Positions 1-11,091 of a DNA stretch of 64,000 nt are shown here, piece after piece. Within the stretch, counting starts at the first letter, position 1; the number at the start of each line of letters is the position of its first letter. The notes below the pieces were generated by a model. That model did not search any database. It saw only the letters and a list, made by a program, of their open reading frames with translations, and was not told the origin of the DNA. The position numbers were made by a program, and so were the translations under genes. Source of the DNA: Antedon mediterranea (taxonomy: Eukaryota > Animalia > Echinodermata). Location: contig NC_092675.1 in the NCBI RefSeq assembly GCF_964355755.1, forward strand, positions 27,996,912 through 28,060,911, given 5' to 3'.

Positions 1-109
1 ACAAGGGATAAAAGCAATGCGACGAGCGTAGGATTCGACCAATTTTGACCAATCGCAAGCGATGAATTATTCGAACTCGAAGCGTTTACGTCCTAGTGGG
101 AACCAAGCT
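1..109. mobile_element. Right end of a probable non-autonomous DNA transposon (PIF/Harbinger-like terminus), cut by the window edge
   Basis: Ends in CCTAGTGGGAACCAAGCT followed by TAA, resembling Harbinger MITE termini. The partner terminus is outside the window. Confidence 0.3.
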
Positions 110-769
110 TAAATGATCCGGCCCACATACTAGCCTAGGCCTACAACCTAGGGATAACAATTCAATTCAATTCAACTTTTATTTCAGACAATTGTCCATA
201 TGGTATAATACATTACAAAAAAAAAGATGAGGGAGAGAGGACCAAAACTTTTATCCATTTGTAGTTGTCGTTCGAGTATTATCATTTTGTTTTAAAAATG
301 AGTTTATTAAATCAAATATTAATTATGTAATTCATAGTTGGGTATATCTCATTATGATGTATTAATACGTGTAAACAAAAGTACAATTGAGAGTAAAGAG
401 TTTCTGTAAAACAAACCTTACCATACCAAATTATTTTTTTAATTGTTTGAAAGTAATGCTCTGATAAATAGTGTGGTGTCCTTTTATTGATCATGAACAT
501 CTCAATAAACGAACTGCTTGTGATACATACTATTAGTTTCGAAATGGAGCTAGGTATATAAGAAGTCCGAATATACATTTTAGTTCATTGACGGACATTC
601 TTACGGACCAGGATAATTATTATTGCTATATATAATTATTGTCAGACTTCTTATTTGAATTTCATCGCGATTTGTAGGCCTATTATGTTCATCTTAAATC
701 TGTATTTTATTTTTACAATTGCAATAAATCAATAAATATAATTCTACTGAACCAATAAAAATTGGAATT

Positions 770-1942
770 ATGGCATGTGCATTTTCAATCTCTCATCTCA
801 TCGTTCATTTATTTGTTTTATCAATTGGCGAAGGCAGCTTCAACATTCACTGTAATCCAGAAGATAGAATGGATTCTTTTATTGGTGAAAAAGCCTACTT
901 CAGTTGTCAGATCAATCGTCTAATTATTTCAACGCAAAACGCAAACTTCACTGTTAAGTGGATTCACAATGGGTATAATCTAGTGAAAACCGAACATGTA
1001 CCGGTAAACACAACTGGGTATACCATTCATGTTTCACTAAGCTTTAATAATTTAAGTACATCTCATACCGGTGAATATAGAGTATCGGTGATGGATAATA
1101 TTGATAAGAATTTCCTTTCTGATCCTATCGAACTCTTTGTTTGGCCACCGCCATTCGTAAAACTTTGCAACGCTTCTAGATCGCATTACTCTAGTGGTGA
1201 AGTGGCTACATTGAATTGTGTGGTAACCTCTCCAGCTAGATACTCGTTGTATTGGTCAATTGAACCAGAAATGCGGGATGTTGCTTATGTGAACACCACT
1301 GATTTTAATGGTAAAACGAAGAATGTAAGTATGATGTTCAACGTTACGTTGTCAGACCAAAATACATTTAGCTGTTTTATAAAAGGACTAAATTCGTTTG
1401 AAAGGAAGCTTTTGTGTATATTAAAACCATTATTCGAATTTTTCGCCATAGATAGCCTTCAGATTCTGTCTTCTACATTTATTCTTGGTAAGAATGCTCA
1501 GTTGGAATGCAAGTATACTGAAATAATGACTGTACATATTGTTGAGGCGTTTGCTAAAAGAGATGATATATTACCAGACGCGCAAAATGTATATTGGGTC
1601 TCAAACAACTCTGCAGTAAACAAACAAATAGAAAAGGGTAATGGCACAGGATTGCTGACATTGAAAAACATTTCTTCTGACATCAACTACAGTAAAATTA
1701 CTTGTATAGTTGGCCAATGGAACATTTCTACTATCATACAAGTTGTAACAGGATATGCAACAACAACTGTACAACTGACAACTCTATCAAATACACATAC
1801 CAGTATTGAGACAATTACAAATAAAAACGAAACATACTTATACATTTTAATTGTGGTTAGAACAAATATATTATTCGTGGCGAGTATAACGATTATCTAT
1901 TTTCTGTACACACAAATTAAACGTACATACTACAACGTCTAA
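770..1942 (+). CDS. IgSF type I membrane receptor, family A member 1 (3 Ig-like domains, Arg in TM, short tail), single coding exon, 390 aa
   Basis: Hydrophobic N-terminal signal peptide. D1: FSCQI..VKWIHNG..LSFNNLSTSHTGEY. D2: ATLNCVV..LYWS..DQNTFSCF. D3: AQLECKY..VYWV..LTLKNIS..KITCIVG. Thr-rich stalk, TM LYILIVVRTNILFVASITIIYFLY, tail ending KRTYYNV. Many NxS/T sequons. Paralogs at 6419 and 23685. Confidence 0.88.
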   Translation: MACAFSISHLIVHLFVLSIGEGSFNIHCNPEDRMDSFIGEKAYFSCQINRLIISTQNANFTVKWIHNGYNLVKTEHVPVNTTGYTIHVSLSFNNLSTSHTGEYRVSVMDNIDKNFLSDPIELFVWPPPFVKLCNASRSHYSSGEVATLNCVVTSPARYSLYWSIEPEMRDVAYVNTTDFNGKTKNVSMMFNVTLSDQNTFSCFIKGLNSFERKLLCILKPLFEFFAIDSLQILSSTFILGKNAQLECKYTEIMTVHIVEAFAKRDDILPDAQNVYWVSNNSAVNKQIEKGNGTGLLTLKNISSDINYSKITCIVGQWNISTIIQVVTGYATTTVQLTTLSNTHTSIETITNKNETYLYILIVVRTNILFVASITIIYFLYTQIKRTYYNV

Positions 1943-3887
1943 GTAAGTACCTTGTACCAAGTACCGGTACTATTATAAGTTTTTTTTATTTAGGTATTAG
2001 GTTATTTTTAAGTATTCTATCGCTGTTAAAAAAACGAGTAAGGTTAATCATTTTTGTTTTTTATATTGTAAAATAAGTATTTAAATATGAAGAAAAAGTT
2101 AATTACAGAAAATGAACAGTTAAACCAGGGGAGACATTTTCACCCTGGTTCAACATTGCGCGTATAGGCCTAACCATTCTTAATTATCTAATGCAAATAA
2201 GTTGGCCTAAAGGCACTATAAATAGGCAGTGTATATTTTATAACAGTAAACCTATAGCTAGTATTTAAATTGTATTGTAAAAAAATGGTTGAGGCATACT
2301 TATGTATTATACTTGTCTATAAAGTAACGAGTTATTTAAGCTTTAAATCTATTCTATTACATGCTTATCGGTAAATAGATCGGTCGATGAGAGGAGGTAC
2401 AGGGATGGGAAACACTGACGTGAGATTGTTTAGGAATGATAATCTGAAAACATACCAGCTTATGTTAAACAAATCAATGACAAAGACAACTTTTAACTTT
2501 AAAAAAAATATATTTTTAGTGAACTAACTTAGTGTGCTAACTTATATAAGGTTGTTATTGAGAAGATTGTACTAAATATGCCAAGATTGTTTTTAAATAA
2601 TTATGTACATTTTTAACGTAGATCAGATATAGCAAGTTATGTTCGTAATAATCATTTAAATGTGTGTGCTAAGGCTTGCAGTAGGCCTACAAAGTTACTC
2701 CAATTAAAATATGATTATTAAAAATACGGCACTGGACTGAAATTAGTTTTAAATCTGCACTTTTTAAGATATAGATCTCATACATTGACATTTTAAGCTT
2801 GAAATTAAACATGTCCATTATCATATAAAAACTGAGCTTCATCGATTAAATTACAGTTAAGATTGTTACAAAATATCTTTTTTTTTTATGCAATTATTTT
2901 TGTCTCACCTTTTTTACTCTATTTTTTAAAATTAATTGCTGTTTTATTGGAAGAACCAGACTTGAAAACCTTTCCTCACAGAAACTAATGTTTTGTTTAC
3001 ATAACCAATTACAGAGGGCAGCACACTATTTCAATCGTATATTACAAACTAATAGTATCAATGAACCAATAGGTTCTTGATATTACTTGATAGTGCTTGT
3101 TACATCTGATTATAAATCTAAATTAAATCAATTTTTATCTCATCATAATTGATAGAATAATTACAATAATATAAAATCGTGTTTCTCTACTCAAAACATA
3201 AAATCTTCAATCAGGTCGAAGTATAGAATATATCTATGTCTTTGAACCACTACTGTCTCTTCTTCAGTACAGTAAGGGTCTACAATGGATGGCTATATTG
3301 ATACAGTAATATAGCATAAACGCCAGTTAAATAAAACCTAGTAGACCTACCGTTTGATTTTACAATCATTCGGGAAATTATTTGTGTTTTGTTTACTGCC
3401 GTACGTTGGTTTGTAATATAATATGAATACCGGACGTTATTCCTTATTTTAATATTTAGTAAGCTTAGATCTAACAATAAACGCATCGTACTGATTGCCC
3501 TGAATTCATTTAACATACGATACTTGTATATCATGATTGTCATATCAGCCAGTAATTCATAGTGTTCGTGGTCGAGTATTAGAACTTCCTGACAAAATGG
3601 AGGTGTGGTTACATGAGGTATTCTTTATAACTTTCTGGGGAGACCAGTTCGCTGGTTTTTCTTGTAAACATAAATGCATTGCCGACCGACCCAGTATGTG
3701 AGGTTCTACTGCACGGCAACCCTCACACAAAATACATACATTTTTTTCAATCAGATTTTGAATATGCCATTTTGCACTTTTCATAAAGTTAACTGACAGA
3801 AAATTTGGCTAATAGTTTGCTTTAAATATAGCTATAGGTAAATAGTGAATAACTATAATAATGTGAAATTAAAATGGCATATACAAC

Positions 3888-4183
3888 AAACAAGGCCAAC
3901 AGCCATAAGTCGCGTGCTCTCAGAAAAAAATGAACTTTCAAAAAGTAATGTACATCAAAACAGTTCAAAAAGTTCAGAAAAGCGATAAAACGCATAGTAT
4001 ACCGGACCGACAGACAGACCGACAGACCGACAGACCGACCGACCGACCGACCGACCGACATAGTGAACTATTGAGTCGCGTCCACGCGACTAAAAACAAG
4101 GCCATATACATGGTTGCTCAAGTGTTGACCAACCGACCGACATAGTGAGCTGTGGAGTCGCATTGCACGCACGCGACTAAAAA
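3888..4183 (+). mobile_element. Two adjacent short Helentron/DINE-1-like non-autonomous elements
   Basis: AAACAAGGCC start, internal (GACA/GACC)n microsatellite, 3' hairpin AGTCGCGTCCACGCGACT followed by AAAAA. A second shorter unit follows directly (~4094-4183). A reverse-oriented relative lies at ~36654-36756. Confidence 0.6.
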
Positions 4184-5289
4184 TGTGTTCAATTGTCTTT
4201 GCAGGGGAACAATAAATCTTTAATAAGAAAAGGAAGCGCTGAAACAATTATTAAAAATAGAGTGTATACTAATACACATTGTTTACGAGTCTCACTTGCG
4301 GTTTTACTTTCAGAAGCGTGATAAAAATACACATTTATGTATTCCAATTATGATATTATGCAAAGTTTATTATCTCGGTTTATCTTGCACTTTATAAAAG
4401 CTGAATTGTATACAAGTTACATTAAATTCTTTTCATTCTTTCAAAGGAAATAAATACTTGATGCTTAGATTGAACACATTTTTTTTAGCCTTTGATAAAA
4501 ATAAAAATCCACTTTAAAAACCGATCAATGTACAATAATAATATACAGTACATTTACAATTTAGATATCTTATAAGACAGCCGACATTAATTTTATTTAT
4601 TTTTACGCTAAAATAACACATATAAAATATATGATATATAATAGGCCTATAAACATCAAAGTAGATCTAGGCGATGGAATAACAACTGTTGAACTTAACA
4701 AGGATTTTTTTCGAGAATGCTGTACAGTCATATATGATTTAAGTAAACACAACTTATTATTTTAATTTAATTATTCTGAAACTGTTTAAAAGTAATACCG
4801 GGATAGTTATACGTGCTTACTTTTATTCCTCATGAACATTTCAACCAATGAGCTGTTCGATGCTACATATTTCGAATTGGAACTACTGTAGGTAAGATTT
4901 GATTTAATTTTTGACCGGCAAAGTCTTCATCTTGCAAACCCAGAGTGTTACAAGTCCATTACACTCATATAAAGCAAGCAAGCCTTTACTGGATAATAGT
5001 ACTATTACGGTATATAGAAATAAGACTGTTTTTTGATAGAATGCTCCTACTGTATATGCCATCCATTGTGATCACTTTGTTTTCCAAGTGAAAGCAGCAT
5101 GTTTTTACCTTTCAAGATACGCCACGGAGGTATAAATAACTCCATTAATCAATATACTATAATTGGATTATAAATGATGATATAATAAATGTGAATGAAA
5201 TGAATACGCAAATAATAAATATGTATTGGTATTTCAAAATGGTTGTACGTTCGGTTTTTGGTGAATCCAAATTAATAAAATGACTGTCT

Positions 5290-5420
5290 ATTTAGAAACC
5301 CGAAAACCCTGTAATATGGAGGATAGCATTAAATAACATGGTGTCCAGAAGAAAAGTGGAAAGAGGACGTTCTAAAACAACATAAGGTGGACAGTTGAAA
5401 AAGAGATCGACGATAAATAT
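5290..5420 (+). mobile_element. Degenerate 3' fragment of an RTE-clade LINE
   Basis: With frameshifts it encodes IAL..TWCPEEK..RGRSKTT*..TVEKE, matching the RTE ORF C-terminal pattern W.PEGKR.RGRPKTTW..TV.KE. Confidence 0.4.
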
Positions 5421-6418
5421 GACTTTTTACTACATAAAACAAAAGAAATCTTAACAGTTTTTCTCTGCTACTAATTCCAGAACAAACCCACATAACTGCA
5501 TTATGAAACTTTCCCAAATTCTGTCTTAAGTAAGAAAATGTATGTTTGTCTATTTATTGTCGATCGTTATCTTCTTCTGAAGAGGATGATGAGAATGAAA
5601 TGAAAATTCTTACGAGTAATTTTCAATGAAACAAAGAAAATATATTTGCCATACGACGAGTAACACCTCTACAGTACAGTAGTAGAGGAATGAGATACAG
5701 TGTGTGTAACATTGTCAATTTAACATCCACCACCAAACAAGGGAAGACTTTCTCTCTTTTTTTCGGTTTATCACAACACAAGTGTTAATTTTATTATTAA
5801 ATGCTCATTAAATAAATACAAATATTAACGTTCAGATTGATTTTCATAAAAACTCCAAACTCCAGACCAAACTTTATTATTTGTAGTGATGACATTTTTA
5901 AATTGCAATCCTCTCCCCATGCTGCCAACGTGTATACAGTACAATGTTTTTCCAGCTGGACAAAGTTTTATCTGACCTAAAAACCAACATGATTATCCAG
6001 ATGAAACACATGGTCTTTAATTTTTCCTACCCTTTAATCAAAAATAAAAACATTCTATTTTTGTCCTTAACACAGTTTTATTCTCGAACATTTTACACGA
6101 ACTTCCTGATAATTTTGTATTAGCACCGCAATCACACAACCTACCATATTCTGCTACAATTAAATCGAAAGAATTAATCGAAACTACGTAACTAAGCCTA
6201 CTGTGCGTTATCTGAAAAAAAAGTTGATATATTAACGAAACTACCTGATCTGCCAACATTCGAATTGGAAACGCAAGTAACTAGATTTAGTATCTTTTGA
6301 TTAGTAATTAATAATTTATCTTACAAGAAAGAAGTCGTTTTCTTTAAAAGAATTACAGTATTGCTTAATTTTCGGAATACTCTGTCCTTTTCTATCGTCT
6401 TAACAAATACTATAGAAG

Positions 6419-8620
6419 ATGCTCAGCAACAGAGTGGGTCTATTTGTCATTGTAATACTGCAGGTTTTTGCTGTAACACCTGTCAAAAGCGATGTCAATA
6501 TTAGCTGTAATCCAGTTGGTAGAATTGATGTTTTCATTGGTCAAGAGGCGTCCATCTGTTGTAAGGTCAATCGTCCAACTAGTTCGCAAAGAGTAATCGT
6601 CACCGCCAAGTGGTTTCACAACAACAGTGATAATGTCGTAAAAGTCGAGAATATATCAGTACCTTCAACTGCTTATGTAATTAATATTTCACTAAACCTT
6701 CATAATTTAACAATATCCAACAACGGGAAATATAAAGTATCGGTGAAGGATAACATGATAAAGACAAATTTACTTTCTGATCCTACCACACTCTTTGTTT
6801 GGCCATCGCCATCTGTAAAAGCCTGTAACGCATCTAAATCACATTACTCCAATGGTGAAGTAGCTACATTGAATTGTGCAGTAACCTCTCCGGCTAGATA
6901 CGCGTTGACTTGGTCAACTGAATCAGAGGAAGATTTGTCTTTAGTAAACATTTATACAAATGGTACAAGGAAGAATGCAAGTATGATGTTCAACGTTACG
7001 TTACTGTCCGATCAAAATACATTTAACTGTTTTATAAACGGAATAAATTCTTTGGACAGAAAGCTGCTGTGTACATTAAAGCCTTTATTTGAATCTGAGG
7101 TTATATATCTTCAGCTTTCATCTTCTCCATTTATTATCAGTGAGAGTTCTCAGTTAGAATGCAACTTCACTGAAACAATGACTACACTTATACATATTGT
7201 GGACGCATTTGAAAGAAATGACATTTTTTCAAATGTTAAAAATGCATATTGGATCTCCAACAATTCTGCAATAAACAAACAAATAGAGAAAGGTAACAAC
7301 GCGAGCAGGCTGACATTGAACAACATTTCTTCAGATATGAACTACAGTAAAATTACTTGTATAGTTGGTCAATTCAACACTTCTACTATCATAAATGTCT
7401 CAACAAAGTATACAACAATAAAAACCACAACTCATCTAAATAATGATATACTTACACCATTTAAGGCTACTGATAAACCTACCACTTTCTTTATTGCAGC
7501 TACCATAGGTTCACTTGTACTAGTAACTTTTCTCATAACGTTGATAATATGTTGTGTTATGTACAAAGTATATCATAAACACGATACTGAATCAACAAGC
7601 ATACGATACCCCGAGACTAGGCTTAACCAACATAGCATGCCAGCTGGAATAAATACAAACATACAGATTGGACTTGACGTGTCTACAATAAATACAGAAG
7701 AAGCATTCGAAAACATTTATGACGAAATCAATGAAGTGATGCCATATCGTTATTGCAGTAGGCCTACAATGCATATACCGGAGTTTAACACATCGTTTGA
7801 AAACAGGAAAGAACTATCTACGAACCAAGCGAATGAGATACTACAATTATTATCAAGTCCGAATTATACAGAGGTTAGAAATACAAATGTTAAAAAGGGT
7901 GGAGAAAAGAACCAAATTGTTCGACTACATAATCAACAAACATCATTACCTGGAATAAGCACAAACCAATCAACCATATCCCTACCAAGAATGCAATTAG
8001 TTGAAACTTTTGGTAATGGCGTTTTAACAATAAATCGAAATAAAACGTTGGACAGTGCCGAAAACATGACAGAGGATTGCATTAACACATCGAAGTGTAA
8101 AACATCTGTTAATAGGCGTTCAGTTGCTCGTTTTACAAACATTAATAAAATGCATAATACAGGCTTACTTCAGCTATTATCAAGTCCAAATTATGCCGAA
8201 ATTAAAAAGGAAGGTGATGATGGTAAAATCACGTGTTATTCAGAAAATACGGTAAAAAATAAAGAAGAAATCAAGATAGTTGGCCCACCAGATAATCATA
8301 TATATTTAGATAAAAATACAAACCGATCGACATTTGATGGACCTACAGGACTTGAAATGACTACACATAGAGTATCAGATGGTTATGACGAAATAAAAGA
8401 TGGGCCATATGATTACAGTAGGATACCACATGGAAGCAGCAGTGGCAGCATAGAAAGCAGGATACAGTTGAATGTCATGACGAATGTAACTGACAAGGAC
8501 AACTTTACAATACTTCAACTATTATCTAGTTCACACTACGCTGAAGTTAACACTAGTAATGATGAAACAAGTACGTGTTTTTCAGAAGATAATGTAATTA
8601 CAGAAGACACTAATATATAA
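6419..8620 (+). CDS. IgSF type I membrane receptor, family A member 2 (3 Ig-like domains, uncharged TM, ~350-aa tyrosine-motif tail), single coding exon, 733 aa
   Basis: Signal peptide MLSNRVGLFVIVILQVFAV. Ectodomain collinear with the 770 and 23685 ORFs. TM FFIAATIGSLVLVTFLITLIICCVMY. Tail contains ENIYDEI, three LQLLSS(P/S)(N/H)Y(T/A)E(V/I) repeats and GYDEIKDGPYDYSRI. Confidence 0.9.
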   Translation: MLSNRVGLFVIVILQVFAVTPVKSDVNISCNPVGRIDVFIGQEASICCKVNRPTSSQRVIVTAKWFHNNSDNVVKVENISVPSTAYVINISLNLHNLTISNNGKYKVSVKDNMIKTNLLSDPTTLFVWPSPSVKACNASKSHYSNGEVATLNCAVTSPARYALTWSTESEEDLSLVNIYTNGTRKNASMMFNVTLLSDQNTFNCFINGINSLDRKLLCTLKPLFESEVIYLQLSSSPFIISESSQLECNFTETMTTLIHIVDAFERNDIFSNVKNAYWISNNSAINKQIEKGNNASRLTLNNISSDMNYSKITCIVGQFNTSTIINVSTKYTTIKTTTHLNNDILTPFKATDKPTTFFIAATIGSLVLVTFLITLIICCVMYKVYHKHDTESTSIRYPETRLNQHSMPAGINTNIQIGLDVSTINTEEAFENIYDEINEVMPYRYCSRPTMHIPEFNTSFENRKELSTNQANEILQLLSSPNYTEVRNTNVKKGGEKNQIVRLHNQQTSLPGISTNQSTISLPRMQLVETFGNGVLTINRNKTLDSAENMTEDCINTSKCKTSVNRRSVARFTNINKMHNTGLLQLLSSPNYAEIKKEGDDGKITCYSENTVKNKEEIKIVGPPDNHIYLDKNTNRSTFDGPTGLEMTTHRVSDGYDEIKDGPYDYSRIPHGSSSGSIESRIQLNVMTNVTDKDNFTILQLLSSSHYAEVNTSNDETSTCFSEDNVITEDTNI

Positions 8621-8755
8621 TACTGTAGGACTATACAATAACAATTTGATCTCTGTTGCGCGTGCGTACAACTGAGGGACTAGTGCTGTTCCGCCGTACC
8701 ACGCAGAGAATGTTAAAGAGTCGCTATCGAATCGGGTTTGAACAGTACCATGAAA

Positions 8756-8827
8756 GACCCAGTGGTCTAATGGTTAGGACATCTGCATATCAAGCAGGAG
8801 GTCCGAGTTCGAATCTCGGTTGGGGCG
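8756..8827 (+). tRNA. tRNA-like sequence, anticodon ATC (Asp); probably pseudo-tRNA or head of a tRNA-derived repeat
   Basis: Cloverleaf by eye: acceptor GACCCAG/TTGGGGC (one A-G mismatch), D arm with AATGGTT, anticodon arm TCTGC-ATATCAA-GCAGG, T arm CCGAG-TTCGAAT-CTCGG. A and B boxes intact. Confidence 0.5.
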
Positions 8828-9120
8828 ACTGAGTATGATCAAATTAATATTTAAAACTTTGAAACAATAACAAGATACAATTGATTTAATTTATCCGTAT
8901 TTATATAATACGGTATTATTTTAAGCTTTTTAAAAATCTTTTAAATATTTTTTTTAAAATCATTACTATTTATTATTATATACGGTATTCTTCTTGGGGT
9001 TTCTGTGGTGGATCTAAAGACTTATGCATGATTCTACTAAATACTATTTTTTTTGTTAAATCATTAATCTTCAGGCCAGTTCTTAATCACTGTCTAAATA
9101 TTGTTCTTTGGTGTTGTTAA

Positions 9121-9345
9121 AGATATTGTCCCTCTGAAAAAAAAAAAATTAATTTCACATAATAGTTATTCAGATTGGATCCAAAAAATTATTTACTTCA
9201 AAAAATGTAATTTACTGAGCAAAAAAATAGTCAAATTTGCTGCCAGCCAATGGGTTTTTGGTTGCGTTTAACCTTTTTTTCTACGGAAGTTATAAACTGC
9301 ATTAAAATTTCTTCATTTTTCATGTTTTTGGGGGACAATACATCT
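9121..9345. mobile_element. Small MITE with TTAA target duplication (Kolobok-like)
   Basis: TTAA|AGATATTGTCCC ... GGGGACAATACATCT|TTAA: imperfect TIR, AG..CT ends. Confidence 0.6.
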
Positions 9346-10526
9346 TTAAACTTCTAGAACATGGAGCTTGCGCTAATTCGAGCCCAAAGAAACAGCGGGT
9401 ACTGACAACAATGATATAATTGAACTGAGGCATTTTTTAATGTTTCTGTAAATTATTTAGATACTGTTAAGTTAATGAGTTCAAGTTTTGGTATGCGATG
9501 AGAAAACTACAGTAGTAGCCTAGTGAAGAGTTATTAGTAGGGCTAAGTATAAATTCTGAAACTTGGCACGGTTACACATTAGGGTATCGAAAACATGGAA
9601 TATAGAAAACATAGGCATTCATGGTGTCATTGGAAAGAGAATTTGATACTCATTTTATTCCAGTGACACCCATATAAAAAAGTCATAGTTACACAGTTAT
9701 TTAGCAATAAAACAATTCACGTGACCAGCAAAGGTCAAAAGGTCAACATCTAATTTTACCAAATACCGTACTCTTTGGTATCGTTAGATAGCATTTTTTA
9801 TTCTGAATACAGTTTTACCAATGTATGTCTGATTTTCCTCTGTTCTTTTTCATAATTTTCCAATTGCATACATTTTTTACAAGTACGTATAACAAGTTTC
9901 CATTAGTAAAGAATAATATGGATTTTGTTATTATTAATTTGACACTTCATTCAAATTAAGAGTAAACTTATAGTTATAGTTACAATAGCATTTACCCGGT
10001 TTTAACTGCTTGACACAGGTGTTTCGCGTTCTAAAATTATGTTTAAGAATGTGCCTGAACATCAGTGTCAAATGTATACGTAGCCTATAGTTTGATTAAT
10101 TATTCTACTACCTATCACTATTTATATTGCAATAATTAACAAAAATTATAATAAATAAATGATATTAGATGTTAAAAAGCTTCTTCATCTTTTCTTTTTA
10201 AAAGGGTGATGTCAACCGGTAGAGAATGGCAACAAACTGATCTTTATATGGCAATATGATTTCCAACGTTCCCTGTAATAGTGATCAAAGAAGTACAAAG
10301 ATTCGATTTCATGTTCTTAAATATTATGACATCCAGAGCTAAAGCCAATGGAAACTAATTTCTTATGCGTAATTGGGTCGTCTTGAATCTGAATTTTGAA
10401 CAGTATTTTATAGGTTCGAAATAAAAAACCGTGGCGTGTCAGTTATTCGTAAATTTATTAGACCAAAATTCGCATTGAGATGCTGGACGCAATGTTCCCG
10501 GATCCACCGGTGGGTGGCGCTGTAAA

Positions 10527-11059
10527 GGGTATGTTCAGACTCACGGAGTTACGGTGGAGTTATCTACGCAAGGCCTACGGTAATCCGTGGCGTTAAAAGC
10601 CAAGGTGTTCAGACACAACGATCAACACTCCAATGCCTTGCGTTTAAAACACTCTGATCAGGTCAAAGCAGATAGAACTATATGTATACATTCATGACAA
10701 TGCATGAAAGTTTACATCGTTTACATTGTTTTTTTCATTTTTATTTATATAATGTTAACCTTCAAATATTTATTTATTTATTTATTTATTTATTTCATAC
10801 TCATCCAACAGCGAGTAACCCGCCAATTACAGGATGGATAAACTATTTAAAATTTCACAAGACAAACATATACACAAGATGCTCTACATAAACAAAGACT
10901 TATTATTAAGTCTTTGGGAGTGGAGTTGTAAATTGTCATGAGAAAAAAACCCTGACATATGACAGGACTTGAACCCAGGACCCTTAGATTGGTAGCCAAG
11001 CATCATAACCACCAAGCCACAGCTCCACTCCTAACCACCAAGCCACAGCTCCACTCCTA

Positions 11060-11091
<32 letters not shown>

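Noticed and set aside
3822-4145. ORFs with SVGR/DRQT repeats
   Set aside because: Translations of a tetranucleotide microsatellite within a mobile element.
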